A stretch of DNA of 64,000 nt, taken from contig JAAOMT010000151.1 of assembly GCA_016748015.1 (NCBI GenBank), positions 248,001 through 312,000 of the forward strand, read 5' to 3'. Position 1 is the first letter of the stretch, and every line of letters begins with the position of its first letter. The stretch is from Geosiphon pyriformis uo1. Lineage: Eukaryota > Fungi > Glomeromycota. A model generated the notes under the pieces. That model was given only the letters and a program-made list of their open reading frames with translations, had not been told where the DNA came from and did not search any database. The position numbers and the translations under genes are program-made. This document shows positions 11,501 to 21,341 of this stretch, piece after piece.

Positions 11501-12634
11501 GTCTTTTAACCCTGCTATAAACTGATCCAGAATTTGAGCATTAGAATAGTAATTATTGGTTTCCAATTGTCAAATTTGTCTGAGAAGTTTGTTAAATCTT
11601 TCAAGATAGATCATAACAGTTTTAGATGTTTCTTGTTTGATATTGTGAAAGTGGTTTCTGAGAGTAATAAAGGTATTGTTGTTGGTGAATTGTTGTAGAA
11701 AAGCATCTTTGAATGCTTGCCAGTTTTCAAATGGTTCTTCTAAGTTTTCAAACCATTTTCCTACTGTTCTTTGGAGAAAGTAGGGAATTGCTTTGAGCAT
11801 TCTTGCTGTGATCCAACCATTTGCATCTCCTGCTTTTTGAACTTTGTCAAGCCATTCTTGAAGACTGGTATCATTATTTTTACCAGTAAATTCTGGAATC
11901 TTTGCAATGTAAGCAGTTGCCATTTCTTCTTCATTTTCTGTAATTTCTTCTTGTTTTGATTCAGTTTCTTCACTTTCCAAGCTTTCTGAGTGATTACTTT
12001 CGTTTTCTTGTAAGTAATCAATAATATTGGCACTTGTTGATATTGGTTCCTGCTGTTGAGTAGGATTTCTAGATGACTGAAAATCTTCTGGTCTAGAGAA
12101 ACAGTTAAGTAGTGAACTTGGTGTTTGTAATTGAACAAGTGAAATTAGAAATGGTGTAATAGAAAGTGGTAATTTGACATTGGTTCCTTGTTCAGGTGTT
12201 TGCAAGTGTTTGGCAGTTGTCTTTTGTAGTGTTGGAGTGTTTGGAGTGGTTCTTGAGTATTGCTTCAATCTTTGTTTGCCTTTGTTGCCTGTTTCTAATT
12301 CAAAGTCAAAAAAATATTTAGACTGTACTGGGTATTTTTCTTCACAATACTCAATAATGTTAAAATTAAGTTCTTGGAAGTAGGTAGCAAGTGTTTCACT
12401 GTTCAGGTCTTCTGTTCCCAATTGTAAATAATGTACTAAATTATTGTAGAGATTGTTTCTAACTTTTAAAATGTTGTAGTTTCCAAAAAAATAATTGTTG
12501 ATGTGGTTTTCAATGTATTGGTATACTGATTTCTTGACAACTTCAATTCCGTCTGGAATGTTGAATCTTTGCTTGCAGTGGGTGTAAATTGACTGGTAAT
12601 ACTCTAGAGTTGTTGTGTCTGGTATGGTTGCCAC
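5586..12634 (-). pseudogene. Gypsy A gag-pol polyprotein (helical N-domain, capsid, CCHC, protease, Cys-rich domain, dUTPase, RT, RNase H, integrase with GPY/F)
   Basis: Capsid-like AKIPEFTG..WL..ANGW; CHYCGIPGHWKQDC; LILDNGSAGSII (DSG decayed); KTAFTT..YEFNVMPF..VYLDN; LATDAS..YASRTLKPTE; H..R.ET..YFWP..C..CQ; GIDLVGP..SDQGTHF..ERFNRTL. Fragments from 12634 to ~8190 share one frame; premature stops and a few frameshifts. Confidence 0.95.
8864..9250 (-). other. dUTPase domain in Gypsy A pol (between protease and RT)
   Basis: All five motifs: DAGYDL, IASRSSL, GGVIDAGY, KIAQAI, RGTQGFGST. One in-frame stop at 9182-9184. Confidence 0.92.
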
Positions 12635-12660
12635 TTTGAATTTGTTGTTGCTGTGTTATT

Positions 12661-12677
12661 TCCATGGAAGAGCACCA
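12661..12677 (-). other. Primer binding site of Gypsy A
   Basis: TGGTGCTCTTCCATGGA 2 nt downstream of the 5' LTR; complementary to a tRNA 3' end ...GAGCACCA (tRNA not identified). Confidence 0.75.
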
Positions 12678-12679
12678 AA

Positions 12680-13788
12680 TGTTACCAAAGGTTTTTGGTC
12701 TCTTTTTTCAAATGTTGTAACTGTCTGTTGGTTGCAAATTCACGTTTTCTAGAAGTAGTTGAACCTCCAATAACTGAATTTATCTTCAAATTATCTTCTA
12801 TAATTTGAACTGCTGGGCTTATAAGTGGAATGGCCAATTCCGTGCCAATTGCTTTGTGTAGTTATGTTGTAGTAAATGTCAACTCTTTCCCAGGAATTGC
12901 TCATCTGGAAGCTCACTAAAAATGTGTAGTTACTTTGCTGTGAAAGTCAACTCTTTTACAGAAATCTTGTCTGTAAACTACCCTAATGATTATAATAAGA
13001 AAAAAAGAAAGAACATAAAAAAAATGTAAAAGAAATAGAATTCTGTCAAAGGAAACGTTTTCTATCCAGGCCTGGAGTCACTAACAGTTTACTGAAATTG
13101 GTAGCTAATTAATTTCGAAATATTAGTTGGGTTTTAGGGATTTTTCAAGTGCAATAATTAAAGAATTTGGTTTTTCAAATTATTTGATATTCATTTTTTT
13201 CTGTGTGTATAGGAATGGTTCTAAGTAATAAATCTAAAGTAAGATACATTTTCTTGAAGAGAAAAGCTTTTCTTTTATACAACTTGTTGTAGTACTAGTC
13301 TATGAACTTGCACTTTTTCTCTTTGCTCAAATTTCAGTGAACTAAAGATACATTTTGATGAACTACAAGTTATTTCACTGAACTATTGATTAATTTGAGT
13401 GAACTATTCATAATTTCGGCGAATTTCTTATAAATTTCGGCGAATTTCTGTAAATTTCGGCGAATTTTAGAATGTTACAAAGTTCAGAGTATTGTGTNNN
13501 NNNNNNNNNNNNNNNNNAACTATTCATAATTTCGGCGAATTTCTTATAAATTTCGGCGAATTTCTGTAAATTTCGGCGAATTTTAGAATGTTACAAAGTT
13601 CAGAGTATTGTGTAATTTGATCATCCTACTTTCTGTTATATTAATTAGATTATTTTAATTGAATCGTGATATGTGATAATTGATTAAATAATAAATGATA
13701 ATTTGAAATAATATTAATATACTAATTAATTATAGGAATTATAAGAGTAATTTCATGCTAATTAATAGCTAAAATTCTACTGGTAACA
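12680..13788 (-). repeat. 5' LTR of Gypsy A (contains a 20-N gap and a probably artefactual 96-bp duplication)
   Basis: Direct repeat of 3791-4762 with one extra ~20-bp U3 repeat unit. Confidence 0.95.
13498..13517. other. Assembly gap (20 N) flanked by identical 96-bp sequences (13402-13497 = 13518-13613)
   Basis: N run; identical flanks; no such duplication in the 3' LTR. Confidence 0.95.
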
Positions 13789-14109
13789 CTGATCATAGTA
13801 ATTAAACAAAGTAATAATTAATAAATAAGTAGTATAAGTTATATTTTTTTTAATTTTATTGAACTTAAACAAGTTTATAAACTTCAAACTAGACTTGAAC
13901 TAAACTTAGACTTGTTAAAAAAGTTTAATGCTAAACTTGAACCAAACTTATTTTAAAAATTTGGTTTGGTTTAAATTTGGTTTATAATTCAAACTAAACT
14001 TGAACAACATCCAAAATTTGGTTCAGTTTAGTTCAATTAGAACTCTATTACATATTTGTTATTTATTTTAATTACCAAATAATTATTTATAATATCATAA
14101 GAGTTGAAA

Positions 14110-14649
14110 TATTTCTAATAATTAAAACTTTTCTAATCAAAAATTTTGTTATTTCTACTATACAACTATTTAACAAAAGCAATACCAAAATATTTAATTA
14201 AGTAATAAATTTTAAAAAAAATAAAGTTACTAAGAATTACAAATATTAAAATATTCTTAAAAAACCAAAATACTAAAAACAGAATATTATTTAGAAACAA
14301 ATTATAATTACAAAAAATTCTAACCAAACTAACCAAAAAATTGTTAATTAAATTAATATAAAAATAAACCAAAAAGAATAAAAAATGGCAAAAAAACCAA
14401 CTTAATATCTAAAGTTCCAAAAATCTATGACCAAAAAACTGGTTCATAATATTATTAATAATTAAAAAACTTAAGAAAAAAGCCAATTTGTATTTAATTT
14501 ATATTTGTTTAAAAGTTTTCAGATTATACAAAAAAAGATGATAAATTATATCACTTAAAAAGTTTAAAGACAAATCAAACTTTAATTTCAAGTCTTTATA
14601 AATTAAAGTATTTTATTTATTATATATATTATTAAAAAAAAAGAAACTA
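14110..14649 (-). mobile_element. Old decayed LINE ORF2 fragment; continues at ~21481-21640 beyond the inserted LINE-1
   Basis: ORF 14166-14372 (INLINNFLVSLVRIF...FGIAFVK) matches LINE ORF2. Minus strand near 21481-21550 reads NKQFLYLVLVVFYSIISYKTQFS, the directly upstream part of the same ORF2. Confidence 0.8.
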
Positions 14650-14828
14650 TATTAATTATAAAAAAAAACTTCTTTTTCTCTTATGTTTTAAATTCCTGAA
14701 ATAGCACATTTTTTGAAGAAGTTTTGTTTTTTATATCTGTTCTTATCTTTTATTTTTGCTCAGTTTTTACAATTTTTCATCTCACCAATCCTTTTGTTGT
14801 TCCTTTGGCATCTGATGCTGTCAACACT

Positions 14829-16655
14829 ATGTCCACAAAGAAATTGGCCAAAGATGTCATTATAAGTTCTGTAAGTGGTAGTCTGAAGCAAAAATCAAAG
14901 ATCTTACTTGGAAAAATTAAACATTCAGGTGATGAAGCTAATTTGTTTTTCAAAGTACCTGCAAGTAATCTTGGCTGATACAAGAACATGGATACCTCTT
15001 CTAATGAAAAGTTGGGGCACAAGATGGGCAAGAACTTGGGCTATAATATTGACAGTAAGAGTAATAAGCCACTAAACTCTTGTACCAACACCCCAAAGGC
15101 TAAACACTTCAACTCTAATATGGTAAAGGCTTCATCTCTAGGTCCCTGTGATTTTGGCTCTACTATTAACAACATCGACATAGACTTATCTCCCCCTGTC
15201 CCTTTGGAATTTCTTCTTTGTTTAGTGGCTTCTGTTAAAAAGAGACTCTGCTTTGAACCAACCAAATCTTTTGCACTCAACATTGGTCTGTTGGCTGTTT
15301 CCAGAAATACTCTATGTAACAAACTTAAGGGTGTTAGGAAGCTATTCTACAAAATTGATGGCTTTGGGGGTGCATTGACTTTATCAAAATTTTTAGGCAT
15401 TATTAGGGTGTCTTTCACATCTGAATTCAATCTTGCTTTGGCTAAACAATTGGCTGTGTCTGAGAATCTTGTTGTTAACACTGATCTAAAGAAGATTAGC
15501 ATATGATTGGATCGGAAAATCATTATCAAAGAGATTTCAGTTGATCTGCCCAAATCAGCAATTGAGTCAGCTTTGGTTAAGTACAGAAAAATTTTTTCAA
15601 TCAAGATACAGCTGATTGGTCTCTAACAGAAAGCACTGATGGAGTTTGAAAGTTCTCAGGTCACTAACCTAGTTGCATCCAAATGGTCAATTTTGCTGGG
15701 TAAAAACTCGGCGCGTGTTACCAAAACCAACACCAATAAACAATTGTGGGATTTAAGGAACAGCTATTGTGCCCTTCTATATAGTTTGCCAATGGGCATG
15801 ACTGCCCATGATTTCTTGAATCTGATCCAGTTATATGGTGGAAAGACTTGCTATATTTTTAGGAACTTGGTATTTTATGCATGAGCTCACTGTGCTGTTA
15901 TATGTTTTAATACTGAAGATGCCAGAGAGACTGCCATTTACTCTACACTAATGTTTAAGAGTATTAATCTTGTTTGAATTGGTTTGTCTTCTCCTAAGTG
16001 TGTTATATATAGTAATTTTGGTCACATTTCCTCTAGATATAGCAGTAGTGAGAAAAACTTTGGACAGGGTTTCAAAAAAAAAATTCTTTGTTCTGATTTG
16101 GATAAGAAGTGCTTTGTGCTCATCTATGCCAAAAAACAAGCTCTCATGTCTCATTCAGTCTCCTTTAGTGGTGTGACTTGGGCTTCTGTGGTAAGTGGCT
16201 CCCCTAAAAATTTGTATTCTACACTGCTTGTTGAGACCAATTCAAGCATAGAATTGGTCGATAGTTTAACACCTGCAGTTACAATTCTGGCTTCACATGT
16301 TAGTGTCTTTGAGCATTCACTTGAGAATATGTTTGACCAAGTGGCTGACATTTCACATAAGCTGAACAGATTGCTGGCTGTTTTGTCAGTAAATTTTACT
16401 GTTTCACTCACTTCTGAACATAACCCAGTGCTGAACATGGCTGTTGACACTCTGTTGTTCATTCCTCCTGTGCTTAATGTGGTCACTGTTGTCTCCCAGG
16501 ACATTTTTCCAAGTGGTTCTCATGTTTTAACTATAAAAGTAAGTGGCCTGAAGGCTAACCTGATGGTTTTAGAGAATTCAGTTAAGACAATATTAAGTAA
16601 ATTGGACTTTTTTGGTTCTGGCAGTAGTGTGGTAACCTTTTTTCTTCTCCAATGA
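14829..16655 (+). pseudogene. LINE-1 ORF1 (nucleic-acid-binding, decayed CCHC knuckle)
   Basis: Homologous to LINE-3 ORF1 (KSFALNI..GFGGA..SKF; ALLYSLPMGMTAHD; KCVIYSNFGHISSRY). Stop overlaps the ORF2 ATG. Confidence 0.85.
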
Positions 16656-19600
16656 GTAGTTTAGCTTAGAAAATTGCTACTTATAATGTTAGAGGTATGA
16701 ATATTCTTGCCAAACAAGATGATATTATTAGATGGTACACAGTTTCAAATAATGACATTTCAATAGTTACTGAGACTAAGCTTTGCTCCAGTGTCAAGCC
16801 TTGGATTGCAAATAAGTTTCCTAGTGTGAGAGTGTTTACTTCAGGTCTGGATGCTGAATTTTTAGATGCAGACGTTATTTTAATCATGAATAAAAATTTA
16901 GCCAAACATGTTTCAAAAATCTCTGAGATTCCAGGTAGACTTTTAATGTTCCATTTGCTATTCAAAAACAAACAATCTAGTTTCTGTGTTGGGTTTATAT
17001 GTAGAGGCTTCTCTGAATAAGCATTTAATTTAGGCTGGTTTTATTAATTTCTTTATAGCCAGAACTTGTAATGAGAGTACTTTTGTTGTTTTAGGTGGTG
17101 ATTTCAATGAGGATAGAAACAAACATAGCTTTAGCTTTAGTAAGTGTGTGGATCTAGATCTAGTCAATATATTAATTAATAATTCTTACATTAAGGCTTC
17201 TACTTGGAGGAATTTCAAGGGTGTTGAGAGAACCATTGATTACATTTTTGTTTCACAAAGTTTAAGTAATGCTTTAGTGAATAGATGAGTTGTGAATGTG
17301 GATGAGTTTTTTAGCACTGATCATAGCTCTGTTCAAATTACAGTTGGTCTTAGTAGAATTTTGGATCCTGTCTTAAGAGCTATTTATGTTCAAGCCAATA
17401 AAGACAAGTGAAAATTTAATGTCAAAAATGCTAATAGAGTTAAATGAGAGCAGTATAGGACTGCATTTTATGATAATTTTGTCATGTTTTCTGATGAGTT
17501 TGCAGGTTTTCATCATTCATCTAATCTGAATGGCATGTGAAGTGTTGTTCGCAAAGCCATTTGTTTCTCAGCAAATGAAGTTTTCTTAAAAACCTGGTCT
17601 AAAGATTTTGATAGTGGTTTTACTAAGTGTTTTTCTTACTATTATAGATTGGAACTTTTGGTTTTTAAGTTGGTAAAGGCTTCACGTTCCGTGTTATCTA
17701 ATGAGTTTGTCTTTTTGTTAGATGTTTGGGTGTCTTTGGATTCTATTAATGCTTCTGCTATCAAATCTTTTTTTCTTTTGGAATCTTATTTTGATGCTAT
17801 TAGATCAGCTTTGGTGAAGATTAGAAAGTCTTATCATTCTCTCAAGATAATAGAATTGAAATGTGTTAAAAACTCTCAAATCAGACTAGCAATAAACAAA
17901 AGGATAAAAAACTTTGAGTTAAATAAGGGCCAAACTATTAGGAGTGTACTTGAGCGGCCATTCTACAAAGTTACATTGAATCACCTGATTGTGAATAAGA
18001 ACCTTATTTTGGAGTCTGGTTTGGTTAAATTTCATGTCGATAGAATTATAGAAGGCTGGACCAGAAAGCATGTAGTGGTTGATGACATTTCAAATGAATG
18101 GCTTCACCAATTTCAACCCTTGAAGTATGTCTTTGATGATGTCTTTTCAAATGTTATGTACCCAATTGAGGTGGAAGAATTTCTTGGTGTGATTTTGAAT
18201 TTGCCTGATAATAAAGCTGCCAGTCTTTCTGATATTACAAATGAGCTATAGAAACATTGTGACAGGTCCATTTTGGATTTACTTTTAGTGCTTTTGAACT
18301 CTTGTTTGATTTGTAAATCTGTTCCAAATCCTTGAAAGGAGGTCTGGATGTCTATAATTCCTAAACTCTATAACTAGAAGGGAGTTTTTACGAATACCTG
18401 ATCCATAGCACTGATTGAAACTGCCCATAAAATTTTTTCCAAGATTCTCTCTGATTGGATCTCTGTGGTATGTAGTAAGTATAACATTCTTTGTGGTGAC
18501 AACTTCTCAGTTCTTAAAGATACAACAACACAGTCTCCTATTTTTGCTATCAGTTTAGTGGTTGAGAATACTTTAAAAAAGAATCATGAACTTTGGCTAG
18601 TTTTGCAAGACATAAGGAAAACATATGATTTGGTTAGTTGGGAATATCTGAGAAGAAGTTTGGTTAGAATCAAAATGTGCAGTAAATTCATAAAATTTTT
18701 TGCAAATATTCACAATGGCTGCATAAATAGAATGATGACTGATTTTGGGTTGACTAATGGTTATAGTATTTATAATGGCTTGGATCAAGAGGAAGTGTTT
18801 TCACTTTTTCTTTGGCATATTTTTTATGACACTTTGCTGTGCGAAGTAAAGAGACAAGAGACAGTGTGTGGTTACAGGCTGAATTCACATTATGTTGCCA
18901 AAACTGGTCACATAGATCCCCAAGATAGTTTAATCTCTTTTCTTACTGTAAATGTATTTGTTGATGATACTATATGAGTTGGTTCTAGTCAGGCAGCTAC
19001 ACAACACATTTTCAATATTGCCAGTGAATTTTTCAGGTTAAATAATATCTTGATTAACAACAGCAAGACTGTAGTAATTCCAATTAATTGCAAGATAGTG
19101 GCTTTTTTTTTATTTGTTAGTAATGCTCCTATTTCCATCACCAAAAAGGTGGTGTTTTACTGATATCTGGGTATTTTTCTTTCTTCCAATGGGTTGTCTA
19201 AGCCTAGCTTGGCCAAAGTGCATTCAGATGTTTGGTTTTTTGCCAATCTTGTTTTGAGGAAAGCAATTTTGGACAAACAGTTCTCTTACTTGGTTTTGGT
19301 GGTTCTTTATCCTATTGTTGGTTACAGGACCCAGTTTAGCTTTGTTTCTGCTAGTGTGTGCCAAAAGTGGGATGTTTTAATTTAGAAAAGCCTGAAATTG
19401 AAATCGGGTCTGCTCCTGGACTTTCCTAATGATGTCTTGCACCACTCTTCATTTTATGGTTTAAAGATTTTTGAGCAGGTCTAAGCCGAAAGCAAGGTTG
19501 CTGCTGTGATATGTTTCACTAACTTTATTGGGATTTTGGGCCAATTGTTCATGTATAGATTGCATGACTTATAGGTCTTGAGTTAGTGTCTTGTGTATTC

Positions 19601-21341
19601 CTTGTTTTTTCTAGTTCATATTAGTATTAATTCTTTGAACAACTTCTTGGTAGGTGTGGTTTGGGTCTTTCTCAGTTCTGGTTTATTTTTGGGCAATTTT
19701 ATGTGTAATGCTTTTCACTTTTGGTATAGAACTTTTTTATCTGGTATCCTTGGTAAGTTAATATATTTCAGATGTCTTTCCTCTCTTCATTATTATGAAA
19801 TTGCTTTTGTTAAGCAGCTTTGGTGCCAGAATGGTACTGTTTTTAACTAGAAGATTTTCAAATGGTGAAAAAAACTTGATCTATGTGGTCCTGTTTCTGT
19901 CTGGTTTGTTACTGTCATTTGATATTTCCATAATTCTGGTTCTTTTGATGCCAGCTATTTCCCTCTAGATGTTGCTGCTGTAGAAAACATTCTTAAATCT
20001 TGTGAGTTTAGGTTAGTGTATAATCAATTGTCTGGCATTAGTGCTTCTGGCTTTTCTGTATACACAGATGGTTCTCTTTGTAGCTTGGGGAGTATTGATA
20101 TGAAAGCTGGTGCTGCTGCATTTTTTGAGGACATTAACTTAGGTCTTGAAGTGAAAGTGACTGGTATGGTGTCTTCTACATTGACAGAGCTTTAGGCCAT
20201 TGCATTGGCTCTTGAGTGTGTGCCTAGTTTGAGTTCAGTCTGTCTATTCTCTGAGAGCCAAACTGCTTTGGATGCATATAAAGCTAAATTATTGTTGTTG
20301 GTTCTGCATTTTCGAAACAAATGTTGGGTTGAATGTCAACACATTGCTGACATCATATGTAAAAGGAATTTGAATGTTGACTGGTATAAAGTTAAAAGAC
20401 ACTTAGGTGTTTTGAGTAATAATCAGGCTGACTTGTTTGCTGGTGTCTCTTTCCATTCAGGCTGGCTTCTTCCTTTTCAGCTCAAGGAGTGTTTTGTTTT
20501 AACTAATGGCAGTATTATTTCTAAAAACTCTAGACACTTTGTTCGTGATATTTTTCAGTCTATCTATTGTGCAAGCTGGGAATTAGGTTCTGGTGCCAAA
20601 ATTGTGAACAGTTATCTGTGTACAAATATTGATTGGTTTAAATCATCTCTTGTTTGACATTCTGACTTCCACATGACTGCTGGCTTTATAAGTCGCCACT
20701 CTGCTGGCTCTTGTTCCTATTTTATGAAAGCTTTACATTATAAACTGCCTATTGTTGTTTACAAATGCCTCTATGATAAACATTACTCCAGTGTGGTATG
20801 CCTGTATTGTGGCAATGTTGAAGTGTTGGACCATGTTTTCTCTTGTGCATTTGATGCAACTGCTTGGCTTCAATTGTTCATTGATTTTGCTTTTGCTTGG
20901 AGAGCTATTTCTGGTCTATCCTATGCCTCCTCTCGTGTGTTACAAATGTTATCCAATTGTTTGGCTGATTTGGAACTGGTTGCTTTGCTGTGCAAAAATT
21001 TTGTGCTCATGGATTGGTACCAGAAGGCTGCTTTCTGCTTTGATGACTCTAAGACTGTGTCTGATAGAGTGGTTGAGTTTGTTCATGGTTTGTGTCTGTC
21101 TTTTAAAAATAATATTTGGCTGATCTACTCCAAGCATTGTGTTTTTATGGAGAAACACAATCTAATCTCTCATGATAGTTTGATCTCTGTTTTAGTGTTT
21201 GGTGGTGTGTTGATGCTTTTGGCCCAGGTGATTAGGTTGCTTAGTATTAATAATGCATTTGGTATTAGTTTTGGATTGTGTAGTTCCTGTCAGTTTTTCT
21301 CAGGTATAAGTAATTTGATTTCTATGTATGTAGATGTATAG
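16652..21341 (+). pseudogene. LINE-1 ORF2: AP endonuclease, RT, RNase H, C-terminal CCHC
   Basis: ATYNVRG..ETKL..GGDFN..IDYI..TDH; GLDQEE; FVDDT; VYTDGS..EL..VKRHLG..NNQAD; CLYCGNVEVLDHVFSC. Confidence 0.92.

Larger units (their letters stand above)
3791..13788 (-). mobile_element. Full-length Ty3/Gypsy LTR retrotransposon A (dUTPase-bearing, with extra ORF3), defective
   Basis: Two homologous LTRs with TGTTAC...GTAACA termini, PBS, PPT, order Gag-PR-RT-RH-IN, 4-bp TSD CTAA/CTGA. Confidence 0.95.
726..14047 (-). mobile_element. hAT-superfamily DNA transposon (~3.3 kb net), defective, carrying nested Gypsy A
   Basis: Perfect 12-bp TIRs TAGAGTTCTAAT (726-737) / ATTAGAACTCTA (14036-14047). 8-bp TSD TTACAGAT (718-725) / TTACATAT (14048-14055). 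Subterminal AACTAAAC/AACTTGAAC-type repeat arrays at both ends. Transposase motifs inside. Confidence 0.9.

Noticed and set aside
12540-12665. Short uORF MEITQQQQ... after PBS A resembling the start of ORF3 B (MEITDN)
   Set aside because: Only a 4-residue match with no further similarity; probably chance.
13405-13470. Regularly spaced palindromic repeats as a CRISPR-like array
   Set aside because: There are no unique spacers, the period is ~20 bp, and the context is a eukaryotic LTR; the same applies to 28685-28850.
13402-13613. 96-bp perfect tandem duplication in the 5' LTR of Gypsy A
   Set aside because: Identical copies flank a 20-N gap and the 3' LTR lacks the duplication; most likely an unmerged contig overlap.
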